Assembly (NCBI RefSeq): GCF_006345805.1
Contig: NC_043006.1
Location: forward strand, 53,196,001 to 53,260,000
Direction: 5' to 3'
Source: Octopus sinensis
Taxonomy: Eukaryota
Length of the DNA: 64,000 nt
Below the pieces are notes generated by a model that saw nothing but the letters and a program-made list of their open reading frames with translations, was not told the origin of the DNA and ran no database searches. Position 1 is the first letter of the stretch. Each line of letters begins with the position of its first letter. A program made the position numbers and the translations under genes. Below are positions 38,722 through 50,586 of this stretch, piece after piece.

Positions 38722-39414
38722 AAGTATTAGCTCTATAAATGGACTGGTATTTTATTGACGCCACCAAAAGAATGAAAGGCAATTTGACTTTAGGGAGCTG
38801 TGAACATGGAGTTCAGAGAAGCAGAGAGATGAAACAAATACCACAATGCATTCTATCTGATGTTTTAACAATTGGCAGAATTCTTAGAGCATCAGTTAGA
38901 ATATCTTGTGGTATCATCTACATGAAAACATCCTATAACATACAGACATATGCTTGTGTGTGTGTTCATGTTATCATGGTATTGACCAGACCAGTATATA
39001 TGTTATATATAGTAATAAGTATCATAACATATGTGGGTATATGTTACACACTGATTAAATATTAGCAGATACAGAACACAATACAACACACAGAGTAAAT
39101 GTATTTTATATCATAAAAGATGACAGTTACTTCTAATTTTCATCATGCCAGCTTCTCTGACAGTCACTGGAACCAGCATGAAGAATATTCTTGGTGTACA
39201 CTAGAACATTTAGACTCAAATTACAATACCCTGGACAAGGCATTATCAGAAATTTCTTAATTGTATGTGCTGTTCAATAGAAATGCATTTGAAGCCAGCC
39301 TTCTCAGTTAGTCTATAAATAGGCTTCAGGTTATCTATTGAGCTCAGTGAGGTTTTGTAACATTGTGATAGAATCAAATACACACTCACACATACCCGCA
39401 CACATACACACACA

Positions 39415-39493
<79 letters not shown>

Positions 39494-39509
39494 TGGCTGA
39501 CAAATTCAT

Positions 39510-39620
39510 ATGATACATCTGTGTGAAATTTTGCATAAAACCCAGAAATTTTGGTGCTAAAACTCTCAAAATGCTTCTTCAAGCTTTGGTCAAACATTCT
39601 TTAGACCCTAGTCAGGCTTT
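39510..39620 (+). mobile_element. Highly decayed mariner N-terminal remnant
   Basis: CVKFCIK...KTLKMLLQA resembles the mariner 'CIKFC.K...ET..ML..AFG' start. Confidence 0.35.
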
Positions 39621-42600
39621 TTGGGGCTAATCGATTATTGCTCCAAGATAGAGGTTTTGAGCCATCAATCACTAGAAAATATGGGATAAGGATGCAATTG
39701 TGAATTCATCCATGAGAAATGTCACCAAACAATCCATGAGCCCTCCCACATGCTTGGAATCATTTATGTTGATCTTCTGCATGATATGCAATATGGTAAT
39801 GATTAATGGTATTGAGTCAGACAAAGCTGAGCAAGTTCAACTAGATGACAGAGATTCTGAAGAGAACTTTGATCATACATCACACTGCAGTGAAGATAGT
39901 TCAGTGGCTTTTGACACGATTAAAAAATTGATGTTTTGACATACTTTGAGCTTCAAGGGAATGTTAATGATGGACGTAAAACTTCAATGTGTGCATATAC
40001 ATTTTAAAAAATGAAAGGCAAAAGAAAGCAAGCTATCAAGAATGATTAGATATTAATGGTTATCAGCTGAGAAGAGATAATTAGACTAAAATAGGGTAGA
40101 AAACCAGCTACTGCACATGAATGAAGGGCTTTATGACCAGCCATAAAGTCCTTTTCTCAGCACGTCCTAAGGATATGATTTCTAGATTATTTTGTGGTCT
40201 TGTAAGGCTATAAGGACTTGTTTACCCATAGGGACCTCATCCACCTGATCACAACATACCAACAAAATCATATTAGCGTTAACCATATTACTGTAAAAGT
40301 AACCATGAGCCAGGGATGACCGTAATTTCCAAAGACTGTTACAGTGATCCTTGTGTTTCTTCCAAATACAAAGGTGTGATGCATCTACTCAGTTTCTCTC
40401 TTTGCCTTCCTATCAATTTTGAAAACAATATAGTGTCACATGCCCTTCCTTGCTCAATATAGGTGAATTCATTTTACGTATCAGTGACGGCTGCCTCCAA
40501 TACTTTACAGAGAGCACAAGGAAAGCCCCTGTAGCTTTAGAAATACCCAGATAGGGGTTACTTCCCTACACGGGTAAAATACCAAGGTCGATTTAATCGA
40601 CTTCTTGCTTTGAACAGAAGATAATTTTGAACCTGACAAGGGTTAAGTCCAAGAAGAAATATTTGTAATAGAATTGTGTCACCAGAGGTTTTACCTCTTT
40701 GCTAGAATAACTTATTCAACAGTGACTAAGGAAAAGTCTAAGTACCTCTGTTTTATGAAGATGAGCAATACTTACTCTATACTCTCGTGTGATCAATTAA
40801 AGGAAGCACTGACCAATGTATGGACTAAGATCTTACCCAGCAACATGATCGAGATTAATTGTACCACCTTCCTGGTGGAAACTGTATGGAAACCATTCAC
40901 TCATAGGTTCGTATCTGAGTACATGGGCCAGCCTAATACTAAGGGGTTGGCAATGGTGTTGGCTTCTGGCTCATTGTCTACATAAGTAAAAGAGAAAGTA
41001 GCCCCAGGTAGCAATACTAGCAGTAGGTTTCAGAGACCACCTTTTCAACAACACAGATGGTTGAAGCCTTGAAAATGGCTGCGATGCACTCGTCCTCACT
41101 CTTGAAAGTGGATCGTTCTTAAGCTCTCTCCCACCTTCCGGTGGAAGCTTATCCACTCATATGTATGAGGCTGCAAATAAAATCTGAATGGTACTGTCAA
41201 ACAGTTGGGGAAGAAGAAAGAAGAAAAAAAGGAAGAAACAAAAATAGTCACCCCCGTAGGAAGCAGTAGAAAATATCTGACCTCAGGAACTCAGACAAGA
41301 TCAGTTTTCAGACAAAATTACAAATTTCAGACAAAATTACAATATCTATTAAGTCATGGCGTTGTTTGGGAGATGTTATAATAAAATTGCACTCCCGAGG
41401 GAACATATGTGCGATCACTTGACCATCTAGACATTGTAGCTAAATTCCTCAGATTAATTGAACTCACCTGTAGACTAATTATCACTTGACATGAACCATT
41501 ACCAGTTTCATTGTTTCCTAGATTTTACTCAATCTGCTATATATATATTTTTTTTCTGCTACACAAGTGTAGCCTTGTGCAGTTATAAGAAATCAGTCAG
41601 GATTGTTGTAACTTCAATACTGTTGTTGCATGGTTGTGTTCGTTGTTTGACAGCATATAAAATGATAAACAACACTCATGAACAATTAACAGAAGCTTTA
41701 TTTACTGCACATAGTATTTCCAGTGTTGGTCTTTGAATGAAGAATACAAACAACCATTTATATACACTGGGAGAGACCAAACTCTGTAGTCTATGACAAA
41801 ATAGTTGGTACGTTAAGCTCTGTGACTACACAGTCACAATTTGAGAAATATCATTCATAACAGCAAATCTGTACCTTCTATCGGCTCAGCTGGGAAATGG
41901 AGACATGAGTATGAAGTTGTTAAAACAACTATGTCAACAGCTGAAGAGGGAAAATGGAAAGTGTTTTTTCTATTTGCTTCTATCTAGAAATCAAAAGAAA
42001 ATGACTACTATTCCCTTCAAACTTTACTTTTGTGATGTGGACATCAATTCTTTGGGATTTGAATAAATGTAACGAGCAAAGTTTGGAGGAAATATTAGCC
42101 AGTTTTCATACTTTTAGGGGTAAGCAAATAAGAAATAACAGTTGCAACCTAAGGACAAAATTCGTGTTATCACACTGAACTGTGCTAATGTGGTAGAATG
42201 CAATCGACTCTGAAACTTACACTATAGCTGTAGGCAAACTACAGGAAGACATACAGAAGAGACCTAAAAGTTGGATATGGTACAAGAGGCTGACTTTTTC
42301 CAGAAAGCCATCAATATGTGTATTCGGAAGGTCAGATTGTCATATCAAATTGGTTTGCTACAGCACAGGCATGTCTTGTAGCCAAAATGAAACCACAGAG
42401 TTGGCTGCTCATTGCTTGCCTAAACATTATGTAAAAGTTTTACACAAGTTGTCCCAACCAATTTCTCTAGGGTTAGTGTGAGTCGAACACAATAGTAACT
42501 GATGAGCAGGCAGGTGGAAAAGGAGTATGAAGATGTGCCAAACAACTTTTGAAATGTATTAAGCTATGCTGTACAAAGTAAGGAAATACTGCAGAAACTT

Positions 42601-43245
42601 ATAGAAAAACATCTGACTCTATTCTCCATTCGTGGTTACTGAAGTCTCTGCACTTGGCAAAAGTACTTGCTACCTTAGCCACTACCACTGAGGGAATCAC
42701 AAAGACCTGGACAACGATCCTCACACTTATAACTGTGAGTAGAACGATCGTCTCTGATGTTAGAAATATTTCGAACGTGATAGTTTTTTCTATAATTCTA
42801 TTTAGTTAGGCATTAAATCCATTACCATTTCTGCGACAAAAATCCAATGGCTGCATGCTAGGGTCTGCAACTGCTAGGAATATTAATGTAACCTATAAAT
42901 TCCTTGTGAATGATCTGAAGATTTAGGCTAACAAATGTTTACAATGCCAAAAAACAACTAAACTTAATAACATTTTTAGCTGACATAGGAATGGGATTCA
43001 GCCAAAAGCAGTGTTTGTATTTCATTATTGAACGTGGAAAATCAGTCTCCCAAACCCAAAATATGTGCACCAACTGTTTTTCAATCGCTTGTGTTCCCCA
43101 CAAAGAACACTGCAAATATCTAGGCATTGGTAAAATCACAACATACTGAGAATAACGATAGAGGAGCTCAAGAATATTAAGCTACACTCAGATTTTGGAA
43201 CAAAATACCTGATTTTAAAAGGACGTAACTTTTCACAAAGGCAGA

Positions 43246-44000
43246 CAATACGAAGAGCGCGATGCGATAGCAATAGATATTTTATTGGTTGAACGATATT
43301 TCGACAGCTAGCCTGTCTTTGTCGAGTTCAAAGTGAAAAGTAATACAAGTTTAAAATTATGGAAATTCAAACCCAAAATATAAACGAGAGCAACCAGCGT
43401 CCACACGTTGATGAAATGACATCATCAGTCTTCAAAGTTCAGTTTTACAACTGGAAAAAAGAAAAAGAAAGAAAGAAAGAAAAAGTAAAAAGAAAAGGAA
43501 ATAAAAAAGAAAGGAAAAAGAATATTCAAACAGTTTTGTGAAAATTTGAGGAAATTCTCCCGTCATTTTATTTATTCCTCCAGGGAGTGATGTTAAGAAC
43601 CCAAATGAGGAGAAATATGTTTGTGGGTTATTAACATCACGCCCTGGAGGAATAAATAAAATGACGGGAGAATTTCCTCAAATTTTCACAAAACTGTTTG
43701 AATATTCTTTTTCCTTTCTTTTTCATTTCCTTTTCTTTTTCCTTTTTCTTTTTACTTTTTATTTTTATTTCTTCTTTCTTTCTTTCTTTTTCTTTTTGCC
43801 AGTTGTAAAACTGAACTTTGAAGACTGATGATGTCATTCCATCAACATGTGGACGCTGGTTGCTCGCGTTTGTATTTCAGATTTGAATTTCTATAATTTT
43901 GAATTTTTATCACTTTTCATTTTGAAAAGACAGGCTTGCAGTCGAAATATCGTTCAACCAATAAAATATACATTGCAATCGCATCGCGCTCTTCGTATTG
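43246..44000. mobile_element. Fold-back element (about 360-bp diverged arms) with Penelope-like 3' ends
   Basis: 43246-43603 is inverted at 43624-44000 with a 20-nt spacer; each arm ends in GAAATATCGTTCAACCAATAAA; (TAA)n on the right flank. Confidence 0.85.
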
Positions 44001-44028
44001 CCTAATACTAATACTAATAATAATAATG

Positions 44029-44068
<40 letters not shown>

Positions 44069-44554
44069 TGATGATAATACGGCCAGAGTAATCAGGAAAG
44101 TATTAGCTGAAAAGAACGAATAGCATGGTACAAAACCTGTGATAAAGAAATAACAACAACAACAACAAACTTAATTCTGCACGCGCACACATAAGGATGT
44201 AACCATTCTTTATATTTACTGATGTGCAGGGAAAGTGGAAAGGAAATCCCATATCGGGTCATTGCACAGCTTATTGAGAGTTCCTCAGAGAAGACGTATC
44301 CGGCTACGTTCCACAACCAATAGCATAAATCAGCTACTTATAAAGCAGTCGTGAATTAGGATAGCAGCATGGAGGATAAGAATGTAAGCATACTTTTCCT
44401 ATGGTGATATGCAGAAAAAGAAGAGGAGAACCTTTACACATTGAAAGCATAGAAAGAAAGTGTTTACATTCTTATTTCATTCACAGCAATGTTTGTAATG
44501 TTTAAATATATTTTAAATCTAATTTACGCAGTTTGTGCATAATCCATCCGACCA

Positions 44555-44733
44555 TACATACATACATACATATATACATACATACATACATACATACATA
44601 CATACATACATACATACACACATACACACACATATACATACATATATACATACACATACATACACACACACATACACACATACATACATACATACATACA
44701 TACATACATACATACATACATACATACATACAC

Positions 44734-44766
<33 letters not shown>

Positions 44767-44952
44767 CATACACATACATACACACACACATACACACATA
44801 CATACATACACACATACATACATACATACATACATACATACATACATACATACATACATACATACATACATACATACATACATACACACACACATACACA
44901 CATACATACACACACATACATACATACATACATACATACATACATACATACA

Positions 44953-44982
<30 letters not shown>
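44555..44982. repeat. (TACA)n microsatellite; further arrays at 45627-45783, 46286-46448 and 46676-46793
   Basis: Seen directly; source of the MYVC/HTYI ORFs. Confidence 0.95.
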
Positions 44983-44983
<1 letters not shown>

Positions 44984-45505
44984 GGGTATGTTGCTCAGAA
45001 GTTTGAAAAAGACAGTAGAACTGACACGAAGCGCAGCCTCCCTTGGACACAAGACCACAACATCACATCACACTTTGAAGGCTATGCGTTTGCAATTCAG
45101 GAACAGGAGATTGCCACAAAATACATGGTGAACAAGAGAGACAGTGACGCTCTTGTAGTCCCAAGGTACAACCGCATGTGTAGGCTATGCCATTATACAT
45201 GTGATTAGGAGTTGTCCTAAAATATTATCACGGTACTACCTCCCTATGCAGCACACCCGCATAAAAGACTGTCCTGAAATAAACTTAGAAAATCCCTCTG
45301 TTATGTAATACATGAATACACTTAGAAAAACCAACTCAAGGAATACTGGTGGAATATTCCCATCAAAACTTCTGTCAAATGTAAGCATTACAGGCCGAAT
45401 ATTGTTGTTTGGGACAGAAAGGCAAAGGTATGTACCATCATAGAGGTTAACAGTCCTGCAGATATAAATATCTCTTTGAAAATCGAAGTAAAAGACGATA
45501 TCTAC
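44984..45505 (+). mobile_element. R4/Dong-like LINE zinc-knuckle and restriction-like endonuclease fragment
   Basis: FEGYAFAIQEQEIATKY...MCRLC...HVIRSCPK...YWWNIPIKT..KCKHYRPNIVVWD...CTIIEV; frameshifted. Confidence 0.75.
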
Positions 45506-45638
45506 CGGCGTTCAGCCAAGTCTGTTCTTTCTTTCTTGGTCTGGCTGTTGTCCGTGCAACATCGATATTCCTCCCAGTGTTTGTGAAATCTTGTATCTTA
45601 TAATAATTTAAAAAATAGAAGAGGCACACATACATACA

Positions 45639-45672
<34 letters not shown>

Positions 45673-45678
45673 CATACA

Positions 45679-45712
<34 letters not shown>

Positions 45713-45784
45713 CATACATACATACATACATACATACATACATACATACATACATACATACATACATACATACATACATACATT

Positions 45785-46284
45785 ATGGCTGCCCCCTCGT
45801 TATCGAGTACGGCCATTGCACGAAGCTTAACTGTTACTGGTGCTGTGATCGAATGTGACTTTTTATCCCAGCTAAAGATCTACAATGTCTTATACAAAAT
45901 TGGCAACTAAAACCTTCACTGGTAACAGCTGGCTGTAGTTGTAACTGGGCTTCATGTACTTTTGCATGTCGTTTAAGACCTCCTGCCGAATTACACTCTC
46001 TTCCACATGCCCGACAGATATGATTAGTGTGGTGTGTTACACCACCACCAGTGGCCAGGTTGTCACTCATCTGTCTCGTTTTATGACTACAAAGATGACT
46101 CATGAGTCCAGCTTTACTGAGGCAGGGTCTTGCACAGACATTGCATGTCAGCATCAAAAGAAGACCCTTCCCTTCTGGAAGTGTAACAGGTGGAGAAGGA
46201 TTGTGCATGAGGGGACAGCCACTTTTGAGAAATCTCGAGTTGCACATGAGAAAGTAAGGAGGGATGTCAGGAAGGGCATCGCTG

Positions 46285-46285
<1 letters not shown>
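45785..46285 (-). mobile_element. 3' end of a LINE (RTE-like) encoding three C2H2 zinc fingers, with a (TATG)n tail
   Basis: CNVC...SHLCSH, CRAC...RHAKVH and CQFC...SHIRSQH*, then about 50 nt of UTR running directly into the microsatellite. Confidence 0.65.
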
Positions 46286-46315
<30 letters not shown>

Positions 46316-46448
46316 CATACATACATACATACATACATACATGCATACATACATACATACATACGTACATACATACATACATACATTCATACATACATAC
46401 ATACATACATACATACATACATACATACATACATACATACATACATAC

Positions 46449-46680
46449 AAAAATACTCTGTTGTTGATGTTTTGAAATTCCAATGAAAGAACCGGTTCTT
46501 TCTCTATTGTCAAAAAATCTTGAAATGAACTAAATAAGGACATACATACATATATACATACATACATACTTACATGCAAACAAACAAAAATACCCTGCTG
46601 TTGATGTTGAAATTCCAATGAAAGAACCGGTTCTTTCACTATTGTCAAGAAATCTTGAAATAAACTAAATAATGACATAC
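46449..46680 (+). repeat. Two ~97-bp direct repeats embedded in (TACA)n
   Basis: aaaaatac.ctg.tgttgatgtt..gaaattccaatgaaagaaccggttcttt...aactaaataa.gacatac at about 46449 and about 46586. Confidence 0.9.
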
Positions 46681-46792
46681 ATACATACATACATACATAC
46701 ATACATACATACATGCATACATACATACATACATACATACATACATACATACATACATACATACATACATACATACATACATACATACATAC

Positions 46793-49158
46793 ATGAGAGT
46801 CATAGCCCAACTAATTAGGGAGAGAGTCAGTTTAGATGAGATGCAGTTTGGGTTGGTGCCAGGAAAAAAGACCACTGATGCTATATTTCTAGTAAGACAG
46901 CTGCAGGAGAAATCCCTAGCCAAAGATAAACTTCTGTACCTGGCTTTCGTTGACATGGAGGAAGCCTTTGACAGGGTCCCCCGATCCCTTAAGTGGTGGT
47001 CACTAGGAAACTAGGGATAGATGAATGGTTAGTGAGAGCTGTGCAAGCCATGTACAGGGACGCTGTCAGTAAGGTTGGCAACGAGTAGAGTGAAGAATTC
47101 CGAGTAGAGGTAGGGGTCCACCAAGGTTCAGTCCTCAGCCCCTCCAATTTATCAAAGTCCACCAGGCAATAACAGAGGAATTCAAGACAGGATGCTCCTG
47201 GGAGTTCCTCTATGCTGACGATCTTACTTTAATTGCTGAGTCACTATCAGAACTAGAGGAGAAGTTTCAGGTGTGGAAACAAGGATTAGAATCGAAGGGC
47301 CTTAGAATCAACCTAGATAAAACCAAAGTCCTAAGAAGTAGGGAGGCAGGCAAACCACAAATCCTTTCAGGTAGATGGCCTGCTCGATCTGTAGAAAAGG
47401 CGTCGGTAGAAACTCTATAAGATGTACCCAGTGTAAGCTATGGACACATAAGAGGTGCAGCAATATTAAAGGAAGGCTAACTGGGAAGATAGTTTTTGTA
47501 TGTGGCAGATGCTCAGGAGCAATAAACACTGAAAATGTGCAGAGAGCAACTTCTGTCACTAGAAGTAGTTGATAGCTTCCCTTACCTAGGTGACCAAGTC
47601 AGTAGCAAGGGAGGGTGCGCTGAAAGTGTAGCTGCTAGAATAAGAATAGCTTGGGCAAAGTTCAGAGAGCTCTTACCTCTGCTGGTGACAAAGGGCCTCT
47701 CGCTCAGAGTAAAAGGTAGACTGTATAGCAGCGAAACATGGACCGTGACTGCTGAGGACATGCGTAAGCTCGCAAGGAATGAAGCCAGTATGCTCTGATG
47801 GATGTGCAATGTCAGTGTGCATCCTCGACAGAGTGTTAGTACCTTGAGAGACGATCTACGGAGACGGTCTCCGAACGACCGTTAATGTGAAGCTTGAATA
47901 CCTTCGGCGTGCGGGAAATCACACGAAAAGGTCCTTTATAAGGAGAAACAAGAGGTCCTTTGACAGAATTATCACGAACAAAAACATGCGTCCAAGAATC
48001 AAGATCTGATGGCACATTAGAAGGAGGATTTTGGTGTCGAGGGCCCATAGGAGGAAGGGCAGAAAAATATCAGCGTAGTCGAGCAACATAAGACTCTAAA
48101 TTAAGAGACTGTGACTTGTCTGGCACCAACATCGTACCAGGCAATGCCAGTGTGGTACCATACAAGAGCTCGGCAGAAGAAAAACCAAGGTCTGCTTTAA
48201 TCGCAGTCCGACATCCAAGCAGGACGATAGGAAGAAATTCAGTCCACGACTGTGGATTCGGCGAGGCACGTAACGCAGCCTTAAGTTGCCTGTGGAAACG
48301 CTCCACCATCCCATTAGAAGTGGGATGGTAACTAGTGGTGCGTATATGATGCATTCCCAGAATTCGTGATCACTCACGAAATAAAACCGCTTCGAATTGG
48401 AAGTATCAGATGTGGTGTGCGAGAGAGACGACTGCGCTGGTATGGTCATGTGGCGAGAATGGATGAAGATAGCTGTGTGAAAAAGTGCTACACCCTAGCA
48501 GTTGAGGGAATCTGTGGAAGAGGTAGATCCAGGAAGACCTGGGATGTGGTGGGGAAGTACGACCTTCGAACATTAGGCCTCACCGAGGCAATGACTAGTG
48601 ATCGAGACCTTTGGAAATATGCTGTGCTTGAGAAGACCCGGCAAGCCAAGTGAGACCTTGACCTCGTGGCCTATGCCAGGGGTGTAACCAGCCCAATTTA
48701 TGCGTACCTTTCCTTCTGTTTGCAAAGACCTGTTGAGGCAAGTGAAATCGAAATCGAAATCAAATTCGATGACTGGCATCCGTGCTAGTGGAGCACTAAG
48801 AACACCATTCGAGCGTGATCGTTACCAGCGTCGCCTTACTGGCACTTGTGCCGGTGGAACATAAAAGCATTCGAGCGAGATCGTTGCCAGTACCGCTGGA
48901 CTGGCTCCTGTGCAGGTGGCACATAAAAAACACCATTTGAGCGTAGCTGTTACCAGTACCGCCTGACTGGCCGTCGTGCCGGTGGCACGTAAAAGCACCC
49001 ACTACACTCTTAGAGTGATTGGCGTTAGGAAGGGCATCCAGCCGTAGAAACTCTGCCAGGTCAGATTGGAGACTGGTGCAGCCATCTGGTTCGCCAGTCC
49101 TCAGTTAAATCGTCCAACCCATGATAGCATGGAAAGCGGACGTTAAACGATGATGATA
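46793..49158 (+). mobile_element. 5'-truncated RTE-clade LINE (RT, 3' UTR with ~70-bp internal repeats, (GAT)n tail), interrupted at 47852-48399
   Basis: QFGLVPGKKTTDAIF, AFVDMEEAFDRVP, GVHQGSVLSP, LYADDL, FPYLG, RLRWYGHVARM; several stops and frameshifts. Confidence 0.92.
47852..48399 (-). mobile_element. Gypsy/Ty3 LTR-retrotransposon integrase fragment
   Basis: TTSYHPTSNGMVERFHRQLKAAL, W...LP.VLLG.R, AELLYG, PYKGPFRV (GPY/F motif), VSVDRL; no LTR. Confidence 0.9.
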
Positions 49159-49244
49159 CATCACACTGCTGAGAAATAATGTCAGCTAATTTCTTTCTTC
49201 CATATCTTTCATTACCTGGATGTTGGAAGATGTATGTATGTATG

Positions 49245-49411
49245 AATGGCTGTGTGATAAGTAGCTTGCTAACCAACCACATGACTCCGAGTTCAGTCCC
49301 ACTGCGTGGCACCTTGGGCAAGTGTCTTCTACTATAGCTTCGGGCCGACCAAAGCCTTGTGAATGGATTTGGTTGACGGAAACTGAAAGAAGCCCGTCGT
49401 ATATATATGTG

Positions 49412-49497
<86 letters not shown>

Positions 49498-49695
49498 TGT
49501 GTGTGTGTGTGTGTATATTTGAGTGTCTGTGTTTGTCACCCCAACATCGCTTGACAACTGATGCTGGTATGTAACTTAGCGGTTCGGCAAGATAGACCGA
49601 TTGAATAAGTAGTAGGCTTACAAAGAATAAGTCCTGGGGTCGATTTGCTCGACTAAAGGCAGCGCTCCAGCATGACTGAAACAAGTAAAAGAGTA
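49245..49695 (+). mobile_element. SINE family A, bracketed by a ~90-bp inverted repeat
   Basis: Family A body; 49155-49245 is inverted at 49696-49787. Confidence 0.85.
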
Positions 49696-50560
49696 TACAT
49701 ACATACATACATGTTCCAACATCCAGGTAATGAAAGATATGGAAGAAAGAAATTAGTTGACATTATTTCCCAGCAGTGTGATGTATCTAAAGACCTTATA
49801 GCAATACTCCAGTAGCGTATAGTCAACCGAGTTGCTAGCAGTGTGTTACTTTATCAATCCTACAAACAGCCTTTATACAGATGTTCGACCTGCTAGAAAA
49901 TCAGCCAAGGCTCTCTAAGATTACACCTTGAAAAATTAAAACCACAGTGTATAATCTAAATATACTGCACTTGAACTAAGGGTGTAGTTATGACGAACTT
50001 TTTCAGGTTTGTTTTATTTGGGGTTAAAAAACATCGCTGTGTACAAGCCATTAAAGAACTTGTGCATGATCAACGGTCCAGCAAGAAATATCTGACAAAT
50101 CTTCTTCAAATTGCCCAATACCCTCATAAAAAAAAGACACCTTGGATAATAAGAGTAATAAGTGTAAGGAGATTTACAGGTGGAACACTTTTCCTCGTAA
50201 GTCTGCAGGATCTTGGCTATATCCAAGTTCAGCAAGATCAAAGTACGCCATAACCGCCTTCAAGTTAGGGGAGATGACTTTCATAACACTTTATTTATAT
50301 GATAGAGTAGTATCCCTTGTCAATTCTAGCTATCAAGGCAAAACAAATCGATCAATTTTAAAGAGTAATCTTAAAATTTATTTTCTGAATTTTCTTCGAT
50401 TACCGTTTTGCCTTTCAAAGTCCCACAGCTTTTATGTTTAGTATTTTTGTGTAAGCGTTATTTATTTATGTTTTATCTATACTAAACTTGTCTTTTTGTT
50501 TAGCTAATCTTCCTATGTATTATCGACTAGTCAGTACTTTAAACATCAGCAAGGTGGAAG

Positions 50561-50586
50561 ATGGCGACGTTCTCCAATGTTGTAAT
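50561..50586 (+). CDS. MICOS13: MICOS complex subunit MIC13 (QIL1) exon 1; absent from the ORF track
   Basis: aagATGGCG start context; MATFSNVV + AT|gtaagt; phase 2 matches the next exon. Confidence 0.8.

Noticed and set aside
40440-41200. Possible DIRS-like tyrosine recombinase remnant on the minus strand
   Set aside because: Only faint peptide resemblance across frameshifts; needs a profile search
41700-43150. Possible decayed hAT-like transposase
   Set aside because: No catalytic motif or TIR could be identified by eye
48790-49000. About 70-bp repeats resembling a CRISPR-like array
   Set aside because: Internal tandem repeats of the RTE 3' UTR with no unique spacers, in a eukaryotic context
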